A DNA stretch of 32,000 nucleotides, from NCBI RefSeq assembly GCF_900079115.1, contig NZ_LT549890.1, positions 2,550,001 to 2,582,000 on the forward strand, written 5' to 3'. Shown in pieces: positions 8,945 through 16,759 of the stretch (the first letter of the stretch is position 1; each line of letters starts with the position of its first letter). The notes under the pieces were generated by a model, which saw only the letters and a list, made by a program, of their open reading frames with translations, was not told where the DNA came from and searched no databases. Both the position numbers and the translations under genes were made by a program. This stretch comes from Saccharolobus solfataricus. Lineage in GTDB: Archaea; Thermoproteota; Thermoprotei_A; Sulfolobales; Sulfolobaceae.

Positions 8945-9855
8945 TTTAATGAAAGTACGCTCATTCCTTCATAGATGATATTTGCGGCCAACATTGCTGT
9001 AATTTCGCTCATATCATATGGTGGCGCAACCTCTACAACATCAAATCCAACTAGCTTATCAAATCTTAACTTTCTAACTATTTCAATAATTTCAAAACTG
9101 GTGAGGCCTCCAACTTCAGGTGTACCAGTCCCGGGAGCAAATGCCGGATCTACAACATCTATATCAATTGAGACGTGTGTTGGACCAGATAGGGAATTTA
9201 TCTCTCTAATTACAGTGTCTAAATTATACTTTAAATCTCTAATTGTAAAGCTCCTAATTCCCAATCTTTCCTTATCCCTCAGATCTTCCTTTGAGAAAGT
9301 TGAGGCTCTAATCCCTCCTTGTACCGCTTCTTTAATTAGGCCTTCCTCGATTGCTCTCCTCAACCACGTGCCATGTGTATATTTCTTTCCCCAATAGGAA
9401 TCCCAGAAATCGTAATGAGAATCAAAGTGTACGATATTTATTTTCCCAAACTTTTTATATAAGGTCCTTAAAATGGGTAACGTAATCGAATGATCTCCAC
9501 CAGCAATAAAAGGTACTAGATTTTTCGATGATATTATTTCGTAGAGGCTAGTTTGTATTGCGTTCATTGTGTCTTCAATATACCCTGGAATAACATTTAT
9601 ATCTCCCATATCACAAGCGTTAAGCTTATCAAAAGGATAAGTATCTAAGAATTGATTATAGGGTCTTAACAATCTAGATCCTTGCCTTATTCCCATAGGT
9701 CCAAATCTGGCTCCAGGTCTGTAAGTTACAGCGTCATCAAAAGGTATTCCTAAAAATGCAGCCTTTATCTCCTCATTTTTTTCACAAATTGGTAACCTAC
9801 CAAAGGTAGAAATTTGTGTGAAACGTGGAGATTTTAACGCGTCTAATTGTCTCAT
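8938..9855 (-). CDS. arginase-family ureohydrolase (agmatinase-like)
   Basis: 305 aa. The Mn-binding motifs are intact: HFDSHYD, GGDHSIT, SIDIDVVDPAFAPGTGTPE. Substrate (agmatine, aminopropylagmatine or guanidino acids) is not resolvable by eye. Confidence 0.85.
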   Translation of the reverse strand: MRQLDALKSPRFTQISTFGRLPICEKNEEIKAAFLGIPFDDAVTYRPGARFGPMGIRQGSRLLRPYNQFLDTYPFDKLNACDMGDINVIPGYIEDTMNAIQTSLYEIISSKNLVPFIAGGDHSITLPILRTLYKKFGKINIVHFDSHYDFWDSYWGKKYTHGTWLRRAIEEGLIKEAVQGGIRASTFSKEDLRDKERLGIRSFTIRDLKYNLDTVIREINSLSGPTHVSIDIDVVDPAFAPGTGTPEVGGLTSFEIIEIVRKLRFDKLVGFDVVEVAPPYDMSEITAMLAANIIYEGMSVLSLNL

Positions 9856-10414
9856 GATTACTATATTTTATTCTGCTCATACTTGAAGTTAACGTTGAAA
9901 GATGGACTAACTCACGCTTTGTGGTCTTATTGGATTTTCACAAAGACTTAAGAGGTATTGCAAAGCTAATGGGCATGGGTTACAATTCTGTTATTTTAGT
10001 ATAAATCGTATAAAGTATTCGTTTATTTCCAAATTCAACATATGATTTAGATTTTGAAAAAAAGAAGATGCCGCAATTCCTTAGTCTTTTCCCAAAAATT
10101 TGGTTACGCAATTGAAACATTTGACGAAAGTGAATTAGAGGAATTTAAACTGAGTTTCGAATGAATGAAATTATGCTTATATTCAGCTAAATTGAAATAA
10201 AAACTATAATATAATAGTTTAGTGTAAAGTTACTTAATAGACCAATTAAGTAGTTTGTTTATCTAATTTTAAGAAGTGTGCGGAGGGAAAAATTTTATCT
10301 TAACGGGGGTTAAGGGATCTTCCGCCCCCTTCCTCAAGGGGATGGATAGCCCCCTTATATAAAAGTTTTTTAACTAATCTAAATCATATATTTCTTACAT
10401 GATAGTTACCAATG

Positions 10415-10622
10415 GAGTAAGCGTCACCGAGACGCCTTGGTTAAAGCGAGGGTCAATGAGGTACGCCTCTGCTCCAGACAGTAGCCCCAAAGGCGGTAAC
10501 AGTGTCATGGTTAATGAGTTTCGTTCGGGGTCGGAACGACCCTTAGTGTGGAGCTCTGCCCTCTACCGCTGGCAAGGTGGGGGTATGAGGCAGGAAGCCT
10601 TGTAGGGCAGGGTAGTTCACTC
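10415..10622 (+). mobile_element. MITE-like element or solo IS end related to the IS at 1-633
   Basis: A GC-rich block in an AT-rich spacer, ending in an exact 19-nt copy (10603-10621) of the IS terminus at 615-633. A possible degenerate left inverted repeat, GAGTAAGCGTCACC, starts at 10415. The left boundary is uncertain. Confidence 0.45.
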
Positions 10623-10859
10623 GTATGTCTTGCCCTTAATAACGGTAATTTTCACCTCACATGGTATGTCTTTCGTAATTTGTGTATTGTCAGTACCTCT
10701 TGGTAGATAGCTTAATCTCGTTGAAGCTCGTATCTGACTTCCTACGATGTTGGAATTCATATCTGCTATAGAAGTTTTCTACTAAACTGTAGTATTATAT
10801 GTCCAAATATTTTTCCATATAGAAGATTATCCAGATTAATCTATTAGAATTTGATTAAT

Positions 10860-10889
10860 TTTACACTATTATTATTTACACTATTATTA
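10860..10889. repeat. perfect tandem duplication of a 15-bp unit (TTTACACTATTATTA x2)
   Basis: Read directly from the sequence: 10860-10874 and 10875-10889. Lies just 3' of the UDG stop codon. Confidence 0.9.
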
Positions 10890-10897
10890 GGTAATTT

Positions 10898-11557
10898 TTA
10901 CTTCTTGGTGTTAACTAACATCTTAGCAGTATTGAATATTTCAATCAGCATATTTATAGTTAATCTGCCGGTCTTCATGTTCCTCGGACTTGGATGATAA
11001 CTTCCTACTAACCATATTATTGACATATCTGGTTTTACAACCTTCACTAAAGCACCGTGATAAAATCTAACGTTAGGAACATTATAGCCAATTTTCTTAA
11101 AAACGTAAATGAGGGAATCCCACGCAATTTTACCCAATGCTATATAGACCTTTGTGTTTTTTAGTATTCTTACCTCCTCTTCCAAGAATACTGAACAGTT
11201 AATTATCTCGTCCTTATTGGGTTTATTTTGTGGAGGTGCACATTTCACTGCAGAGGTTATATAAACGTTAAACAGTTTCAAGCCATCATCTTTGGATACT
11301 GAAAATGGTTGATTTGAAAGTCCAACTGCATATAATGCGTTGGCTAGATTGTTTGAACTTTCATCCCCGGTAAACATTCTTCCAGTCCTATTTCCTCCGT
11401 TTCCTGCAGGAGCTAAACCTACAATTACTATTTCTGCATCAATTTGACCGTTTGGTGGAACAGGCTTTTTCCAATAGTTGTCGGGAAAGGATTTTCTATA
11501 CTGTGTGAGTCTAGGGCATTTGTCACACGCAATTAGTCTAGATATGAAGTTTTCCAC
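10898..11557 (-). CDS. uracil-DNA glycosylase, family 5 (UDGb-type), Fe-S cluster-containing
   Basis: 219 aa. Motif A, GLAPAGNGGNRTGRMFTGD, is the GLAPA form diagnostic of family 5 rather than GEAPG of family 4. Motif B is SYHPSPRN. Cys residues sit in CDKCPRL, VKCAPP and INCSVF, consistent with a 4Fe-4S cluster. Confidence 0.8.
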   Translation of the reverse strand: MENFISRLIACDKCPRLTQYRKSFPDNYWKKPVPPNGQIDAEIVIVGLAPAGNGGNRTGRMFTGDESSNNLANALYAVGLSNQPFSVSKDDGLKLFNVYITSAVKCAPPQNKPNKDEIINCSVFLEEEVRILKNTKVYIALGKIAWDSLIYVFKKIGYNVPNVRFYHGALVKVVKPDMSIIWLVGSYHPSPRNMKTGRLTINMLIEIFNTAKMLVNTKK

Positions 11558-11594
11558 TAGTGTCTTTTATAATAAAAGGATTTTAAGCTTATAT

Positions 11595-11900
11595 TTATAA
11601 TTTAGACGTAACATACTTGATTATTGTTTTCTTTATAAAATTAACAATTATTAGAGAATTACTATTATCGTCAACTACCTCGCATTCACCATTATCCTTA
11701 TTACATGTTACCCAATAGTTGTCAATCCTTATACCATTTTGTTTGACGTCATTTATAACAGTATTAAATCCGTTATCCTTTCTAATAGTTTCTACTTTGA
11801 ATCCGAAAATCTCAGGTCTCTCTACGATATACTTTATGTCAGATATTGAAACTCCCATTAATAAATAGAAACTACATAGGAAAATATAAGCTCTATTCAA
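11595..11900 (-). CDS. hypothetical small protein with an N-terminal hydrophobic (signal/TM-like) segment
   Basis: 101 aa. The TTG start overlaps the stop of the upstream ORF by 4 nt. N-terminus is IFLCSFYLLMGVSI. No recognisable family. The start codon is uncertain. Confidence 0.45.
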   Translation of the reverse strand: MNRAYIFLCSFYLLMGVSISDIKYIVERPEIFGFKVETIRKDNGFNTVINDVKQNGIRIDNYWVTCNKDNGECEVVDDNSNSLIIVNFIKKTIIKYVTSKL

Positions 11901-12181
11901 TCTGATAAAAGAGATTCATTAACGTTATATGCATAAATACTATCACTAACTTTTATCACTTTTATGTTATTATCGCTTATAGGTATTTCATAGGTTACAC
12001 TATTATTATTTCCTTTTTCACCAAATATTATTGAGTTTTCATTAACCTCTCCGCAGTAGACCTTTGTTTGGGTGTCGCAAATTGCCACAAATACGAATTT
12101 TCCATTGTTACAAATGCTTAGAAAGGATTGGCACTCTCTTTTATCTTTAGTTAAGGTGCCTAGTATTGCAGAATAATCCAT
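11897..12181 (-). CDS. hypothetical small Cys-containing protein
   Basis: 94 aa with an ATG start and an AT-rich upstream region. No recognisable family. Confidence 0.5.
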   Translation of the reverse strand: MDYSAILGTLTKDKRECQSFLSICNNGKFVFVAICDTQTKVYCGEVNENSIIFGEKGNNNSVTYEIPISDNNIKVIKVSDSIYAYNVNESLLSD

Positions 12182-12360
12182 AAATTAGTATTTTTAATAA
12201 GATTTAAAAAGCATTATCACTAATAATACCAGTAACAAACAATAAGTATAGATTGCTCTTATAGGACATAGTTAGTTTAATCTTGTGTATTACCGTTTAA
12301 ATGTTTAATAGATATTTTCTTAATAAACGTTTAAATTTATTAATGTCTATATTTACTGTG

Positions 12361-12975
12361 ATGAGGTTAGTTGTTTCTTGCATGGATAGGAGATTAAATT
12401 CCTATATCAAGAAAAAATACCAGGATGCAATAGTTCTTAGAAATGCTGGGGCTAACGTTAATTCACTCTTAATGTCACTAGAAAAGTTCAACAATAAAGT
12501 TGATGAAGTCATTCTCTTGCCCCATACTGATTGTGGGGCAATGAAAGTCGTTTATTCCTCCTTAAAAGAAGGAAAGAAGATAACGTCGCTTGTCGAGGAG
12601 AAGTTAGTAAGTCAATTTAGCTCAAAGAAATTTAGTTCCCTTTCAGAATTAGAAAGATTAAATATGGAGATTCAAGAGGAAAATCTGAAAAGAATATTTG
12701 GAGATAAAGTAAGAGCTGAGTTAGTAGATGTGAACAAGATAGAAATACCTCCTTCTAATGATCCTTACATGGTTTATGTGACTGTTCCTTCTCAGTTAGT
12801 AAGGCTGAGTTCAAATATTTATCATATTTCAGCTGAGGATAAAGAAATCTGGGATAGTTTAGATATAGCGGTTTATGCTATGAATATAACTAAAATTATA
12901 AGCCAGAACGACAAATTGGCTGAAAAGATAAGAAACATGTATCCTTCAGTTACCGTCTCTACTGCTTCTTTCTAA
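12361..12975 (+). CDS. beta-class (Cab-type) carbonic-anhydrase-like protein
   Basis: The zinc and catalytic signature is complete: SCMDRRL (CxDxR), VLRNAG, HTDCGAM (HxxC). The ATG at 12361 is preferred over the track start at 12301 because TATA-like TTTAAATTTA lies about 25-30 nt upstream of 12361 and the domain begins right after it. Confidence 0.6.
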   Translation: MRLVVSCMDRRLNSYIKKKYQDAIVLRNAGANVNSLLMSLEKFNNKVDEVILLPHTDCGAMKVVYSSLKEGKKITSLVEEKLVSQFSSKKFSSLSELERLNMEIQEENLKRIFGDKVRAELVDVNKIEIPPSNDPYMVYVTVPSQLVRLSSNIYHISAEDKEIWDSLDIAVYAMNITKIISQNDKLAEKIRNMYPSVTVSTASF

Positions 12976-13519
12976 TGTAGTTAAAAGATTCTATTACTAC
13001 TGAAGCAGGATCCTCAAACGCCGATAACGATAAGTGAAAATCATCTACAAGTGAAGCGGAGTAAAGAATTGATTCAATTACTGCCTCTTTGGGTATATTA
13101 AGCTCCTCAGCCACTTGTGAAATTTCCTTTCCCTCATAAAGCTTATTTAGAACATCCACTACTTTCGTGCTAGAATTTTTTATTTTAGGATCATATTTAC
13201 TACTATTATTGTCATCATCCTTATCTATGAAAGTGTAGTTTGTAGGTCCTAATTTTCTCTTTAATCGTCTAGGAACTTTTGGCTTAACTTTCTTATAATA
13301 TTTTAATATTTTCATTACGTCGATGGCGTATTTTATGCACTCCCTAATTTGTTTAAAGTTTATTTGATTGTAAAACGCCTTTGAAACTTCATCAAATGTT
13401 TTATCTTTTGCAAGTTCATATAGTACGTTCTCTGGTCTAATTAACGTTCCCGCTATAAAAGGTCTCCCAAAATGGATATCCTTATATACTATGATATAAT
13501 CATAACCTGGAAGCTCCAC
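12959..13519 (-). CDS. protein with two DUF433-like (antitoxin-type HTH) repeats
   Basis: 186 aa with a GTG start. The N-terminal HFGRPFIAGTLIRPENVLYEL...IRECIKYA and the C-terminal KIKNSSTKVVDVLNKLYEGKEISQVAEELNIPKEAVIESILYSA both follow the DUF433 pattern. A basic linker (KVPRRLKRK) joins them. Confidence 0.55.
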   Translation of the reverse strand: MELPGYDYIIVYKDIHFGRPFIAGTLIRPENVLYELAKDKTFDEVSKAFYNQINFKQIRECIKYAIDVMKILKYYKKVKPKVPRRLKRKLGPTNYTFIDKDDDNNSSKYDPKIKNSSTKVVDVLNKLYEGKEISQVAEELNIPKEAVIESILYSASLVDDFHLSLSAFEDPASVVIESFNYIRKKQ

Positions 13520-13556
13520 ATGAAATCTTTTGCTTTCTCGTTTATTAAGATTTATA

Positions 13557-14870
13557 TTATAGTATTGGGTATAATTTTAGAAATTCCTCGGTATGTTTTA
13601 TAGCTTTATAATAGTCATCTATCTTAATGTTTTCATTGGGTGCATGAGCATTTGAGTAATATCCTCCAGCACCTATTGCGCTAACTGCATCCCTTATCCC
13701 TAGCTTATACACAAACAACCCCATGGGTTGAGTGCCGGCTGAATTAGGAATTACTTGTGGTTCAGTACCATATACTTTTTTAGCGGATTCTATCATTGCT
13801 TTGACTACTGTAGAGTTAACCGAAGTTCTAACAGGATATTCAAAGCCATGTGCTAATATCTCCCCATTGAAACCAGCCTTTTGAAGGTGTTTTTTCAGTA
13901 ACTCGAAAACTTTATATGGATCTTGATTAGGTACTAGCCTAAAATCTAATTTTGCAAATGCTCTATGTGGTACGATAGTTTTGCTACCCTTTCCAGTATA
14001 CCCGCATTCGAACCCATCAACATTACATGTTGGGTAAGTTAGTAATGCCTCAGCAATCTTTTCCTTTTCATTATACTTTAATTCCTTAAACCCTAACGCC
14101 TTCTTTAATTCCTCTACATCGATATCGTATTTCTTTATTAGCTCTCTTTCCTCTTCTGTTAATTCTCTCACGTCATCATAAAACCCTTCAATTAACACTC
14201 TTCCTCCCATGTCTACCAATGTAGATATTATCTTAGCTAGATCTATGCATGGATTTCTGACTAATGGTGCATTAGAAGAGTGTAGATCTTTAGTTCCATA
14301 GTCAAGAACTAGTTCAACGTATAATAATCCTTTTACCCCTAGTACTATTTGTGGCCTTCCTTTGGGGTCTAAGCCAGCTCCCTCCATTATGACTGAGTCT
14401 GCCTTCAGTTTATTTGTATTCTTTTCGATATAGTCCTCCAAATTCACACTACCTATTTCCTCTTCTCCCTCGTAAAGTAACTTCACGTTAACATTTAATT
14501 CGTTCTTATCTAGTAAGTGTTTAATAGCAAATAGTCTTGCCATTAATGTTCCTTTATTGTCAGAGGCTCCCCTAGCGTAAATTCTATCATTTTCAATTGT
14601 TGCTGAAAAGGGCGCTCTTTTCCACTCACTTATTGGATCCACCGGTTGGACATCATAATGGTTGTAAATAAGTAGTGTCTTTTTGGCATTAACGTTAATT
14701 TCAGCGTATACTACGGGATGACCTTTAGTCTTCTCAAGATTCGCCTTTACACCTAATAACTTCTCAACAGTTTCCTTAAGATAGTTTGCTGTTTCATCTA
14801 TTCCCTCTCCAGTTGCAGATATGGAGGGTTTCTTTAGAAATTCAATTAAAGTATAAAGTTCCTCGTCCAC
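13557..14870 (-). CDS. M20-family metallopeptidase (carboxypeptidase/dipeptidase/deacylase type)
   Basis: 437 aa with a GTG start. Motifs: NHYDVQP, RGASDNKG, EGEEEIGS, and a C-terminal HAPNE. These are the typical metal and catalytic residues of the ArgE/DapE/ACY1/CPG2 family. Confidence 0.85.
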   Translation of the reverse strand: MDEELYTLIEFLKKPSISATGEGIDETANYLKETVEKLLGVKANLEKTKGHPVVYAEINVNAKKTLLIYNHYDVQPVDPISEWKRAPFSATIENDRIYARGASDNKGTLMARLFAIKHLLDKNELNVNVKLLYEGEEEIGSVNLEDYIEKNTNKLKADSVIMEGAGLDPKGRPQIVLGVKGLLYVELVLDYGTKDLHSSNAPLVRNPCIDLAKIISTLVDMGGRVLIEGFYDDVRELTEEERELIKKYDIDVEELKKALGFKELKYNEKEKIAEALLTYPTCNVDGFECGYTGKGSKTIVPHRAFAKLDFRLVPNQDPYKVFELLKKHLQKAGFNGEILAHGFEYPVRTSVNSTVVKAMIESAKKVYGTEPQVIPNSAGTQPMGLFVYKLGIRDAVSAIGAGGYYSNAHAPNENIKIDDYYKAIKHTEEFLKLYPIL

Positions 14871-14970
14871 TATAAACTAATATATTCTGCCTTTTTAAGT
14901 GTGTTGGTTAGAATTTTGAAATGGTTAGTCATAAAGTTTTTATAATTATATTTATTGGCATATATATAAC

Positions 14971-14978
14971 TTTATAAA
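14971..14978 (+). promoter_or_regulatory. TATA box for the 4-hydroxybutyryl-CoA dehydratase gene (leaderless)
   Basis: TTTATAAA is centred about 26 nt upstream of the ATG at 15000. Confidence 0.5.
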
Positions 14979-14999
14979 CCAGCTCTGCTACTATATAAT

Positions 15000-16508
15000 A
15001 TGGTTCTAAGAACTGGGGAAGAGTACGTTAATGCAATTAGGCATAGAAATAAGGTTGAAATTTACGTTATGGGGAAGGAAGTAAAGGATGTAACAGAGCA
15101 TCCTTTCTTAAAGCCTTCAGTACTTGCATTTAAAGCAACTTATGATGCAGCCCATGAAGAGGATAGTGAATCTTTAGCTAGAGCATGGAGTTCCTTCATT
15201 AATGAAGAGGTAAATAGATTCACCCATATCCATAGATCTCCAGAGGATTTGGCAGCTAAGGTTAAACTTCTGAGAAAGATCAGTCATAAAACGGGAGCGT
15301 GTTTCCAAAGGTGTGTAGGGTGGGACGCTCTAAATGCAATATACGTTACCTCTAGACTAATGGCGGAAAGGGGTAAAAAGGAGTATTATGAGAGATTTGT
15401 GGAATATTTGAAATATGTACAAAAGAATGATGTAGCGTTAGCTGGAGCCATGACCGATGTTAAAGGTATAAGAACGTTGAGACCTCATGAGCAACCTCAT
15501 GCTTATTTAAGAGTAACCCAGGTTACTAAAGACGGTATTTACGTTTCTGGTGCTAAGGCGAATATAACTGGAATAGGAGCTGCTGAAGAAATTGTGGTTA
15601 TGCCAACTAGAGCGATGAGTGAGAAAGATATGGATTTTGCGGTAGCTTTTTCTATACCATTAGATACTGAGGGTATTAAAGTTATAATAGGAAGGCAAGT
15701 TAATGATGGGAGAAGGTTAGAAGAAGGGGAGATAGATGGATTACCCTACCGTACCAATCATGAGGGCTTGGTAATATTTGATAACGTCTTCGTTCCAATG
15801 GAAAGAGTGTTTATGTTAGGGGATTGGCAGATGAGCGGAATCCTAGTTGAAATTTTCAGCTCTTATCATAGGCAAGGTTATGGAGGTTGTAAGTCGGGAT
15901 TGGGGGATGTGATAATTGGTGCAGCATATAATTTAGCTAAGCAAATTGGAGTCGAAAAAGCTCCACATATTCAGAATAAGCTAAATGAAATGGTTTTATT
16001 GAATGAGAACATGTATGGAAGTGGCATTGCTGCCAGTCTAGATGCAGTTAAGTTATGTGAAGATGGCTGCTGGTGGGTTAATCCCATGTTTGCAAACGTT
16101 ACTAAGCAATTAGTCACGAGATTTCCTTATGAAATTACTAAGTTTTCAACTGATATTGCAGGAGGTATAATAGGTACTGCTCCAAGTGAGTGGGATTTGA
16201 AAAACCCTAAACTTAAACCATATATTGAGAAGTACCTACAAGGTATGATGGACTATAGTACGGAAGATAGGCTAAGAATGGTAAGATTATTAGAAAATGT
16301 AGGCTTTAGTGTGGCGTTTCTAATTGAATCGGTTCATGGAGCAGGTAGCCCAGAAGCTCAGAGAATTGCCATAAATAGGGTCTACGACTATGAATATGCT
16401 GAGAAGATTGCTAAATACTTGTCGCAAATAGAGAAGAGAATTGACTTTAAAGAAAATGCAGAGCCTTGGAGGAAGACAGACACGGAGAAGATAGCTAGTA
16501 GTGGCTGA
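15000..16508 (+). CDS. abfD: 4-hydroxybutyryl-CoA dehydratase / vinylacetyl-CoA isomerase family (HpaB-fold)
   Basis: 502 aa. The [4Fe-4S] ligand pattern of AbfD is conserved: CFQRC (C-x3-C, residues 101/105) and H-x6-C in [11 protein letters not shown] (residues 290/297). Sulfolobales carry this enzyme for the 3-hydroxypropionate/4-hydroxybutyrate cycle, plus paralogs of unknown role. Confidence 0.8.
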   Translation: MVLRTGEEYVNAIRHRNKVEIYVMGKEVKDVTEHPFLKPSVLAFKATYDAAHEEDSESLARAWSSFINEEVNRFTHIHRSPEDLAAKVKLLRKISHKTGACFQRCVGWDALNAIYVTSRLMAERGKKEYYERFVEYLKYVQKNDVALAGAMTDVKGIRTLRPHEQPHAYLRVTQVTKDGIYVSGAKANITGIGAAEEIVVMPTRAMSEKDMDFAVAFSIPLDTEGIKVIIGRQVNDGRRLEEGEIDGLPYRTNHEGLVIFDNVFVPMERVFMLGDWQMSGILVEIFSSYHRQGYGGCKSGLGDVIIGAAYNLAKQIGVEKAPHIQNKLNEMVLLNENMYGSGIAASLDAVKLCEDGCWWVNPMFANVTKQLVTRFPYEITKFSTDIAGGIIGTAPSEWDLKNPKLKPYIEKYLQGMMDYSTEDRLRMVRLLENVGFSVAFLIESVHGAGSPEAQRIAINRVYDYEYAEKIAKYLSQIEKRIDFKENAEPWRKTDTEKIASSG

Positions 16509-16512
16509 ATCC

Positions 16513-16563
16513 TTTTTCATGTTAATAGAGATCTTTTTATTTCCATTTTTCTTATTATTTTTT
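16513..16563 (+). terminator. cluster of oligo-T tracts downstream of abfD (archaeal intrinsic termination signals)
   Basis: T5 at 16513-16517, 16534-16538 and 16546-16550. T6 at 16558-16563. The cluster begins 5 nt after the stop codon. Confidence 0.5.
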
Positions 16564-16759
16564 AGTGATTCCAATCCAATAGAGGCGATGCACGAAGGGT
16601 TGGTTGATGTTAAGCAGAGATCTGAGTCCAGTGCAGTTAGGTTTGAAAGAGTCTCATGACTCACCTTTAGGGCTAAGTCCCTATACTCGATTGAACATAA
16701 AATGATTGGAATGAAAGTGAAGGGACAAACTGATCAAAAATAAATAAGTAAAAACGTTT

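Noticed and set aside
8975-9397. 140-aa plus-strand ORF antisense to the agmatinase gene.
   Set aside because: The opposite strand carries all the arginase-family Mn motifs. This ORF is Ser/Thr/Ile-rich with no motifs and is a shadow ORF.
9858-10004. An open frame without a proper start, encoding ...VVLLDFHKDLRGIAKLMGMGYNSVILV. It resembles the HTH of a transposase or regulator and could be a gene remnant.
   Set aside because: There is no ATG/GTG/TTG until 9921, leaving 27 codons. The fragment is too short to assign. It is plausibly a decayed IS or regulator fragment, but this cannot be supported from sequence alone.
10860-10889. 15-bp perfect tandem duplication downstream of the UDG gene, considered as a regulatory element.
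   Set aside because: It is real as a repeat and is listed as a feature. However, it lies 3' of a stop codon in AT-rich spacer with no palindromic character, so it is most simply a replication-slippage duplication.
12301-12360. N-terminal extensions proposed by the ORF track: 12301 for the CA-like gene, 18178 for GH15, 21127 for the radical-SAM gene, 23732 for the MFS gene, 5301 for permease 2, and 31947 as the 'start' of GH15 paralog 2.
   Set aside because: Downstream ATGs fit TATA spacing, ATGA coupling or homolog N-termini better. For 31947 the frame is open to the window edge, and paralog alignment shows that the gene continues off-window.
14905-14935. Direct repeat TGGTTAG(N10)TGGTTAG in the divergent M20/abfD promoter region. 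Similar 6-8-bp inverted repeats occur in the 18080-18186 and 28662-28898 spacers.
   Set aside because: These are short, AT-rich and within chance expectation for such spacers. They are not distinctive enough to call as binding sites.
16320-16664. 114-aa minus-strand ORF overlapping the 3' end of abfD.
   Set aside because: It overlaps about 190 nt of a well-supported gene in antisense. It runs through the oligo-T/oligo-A terminator cluster, giving a Lys/Asn-rich stretch. No motifs are present.
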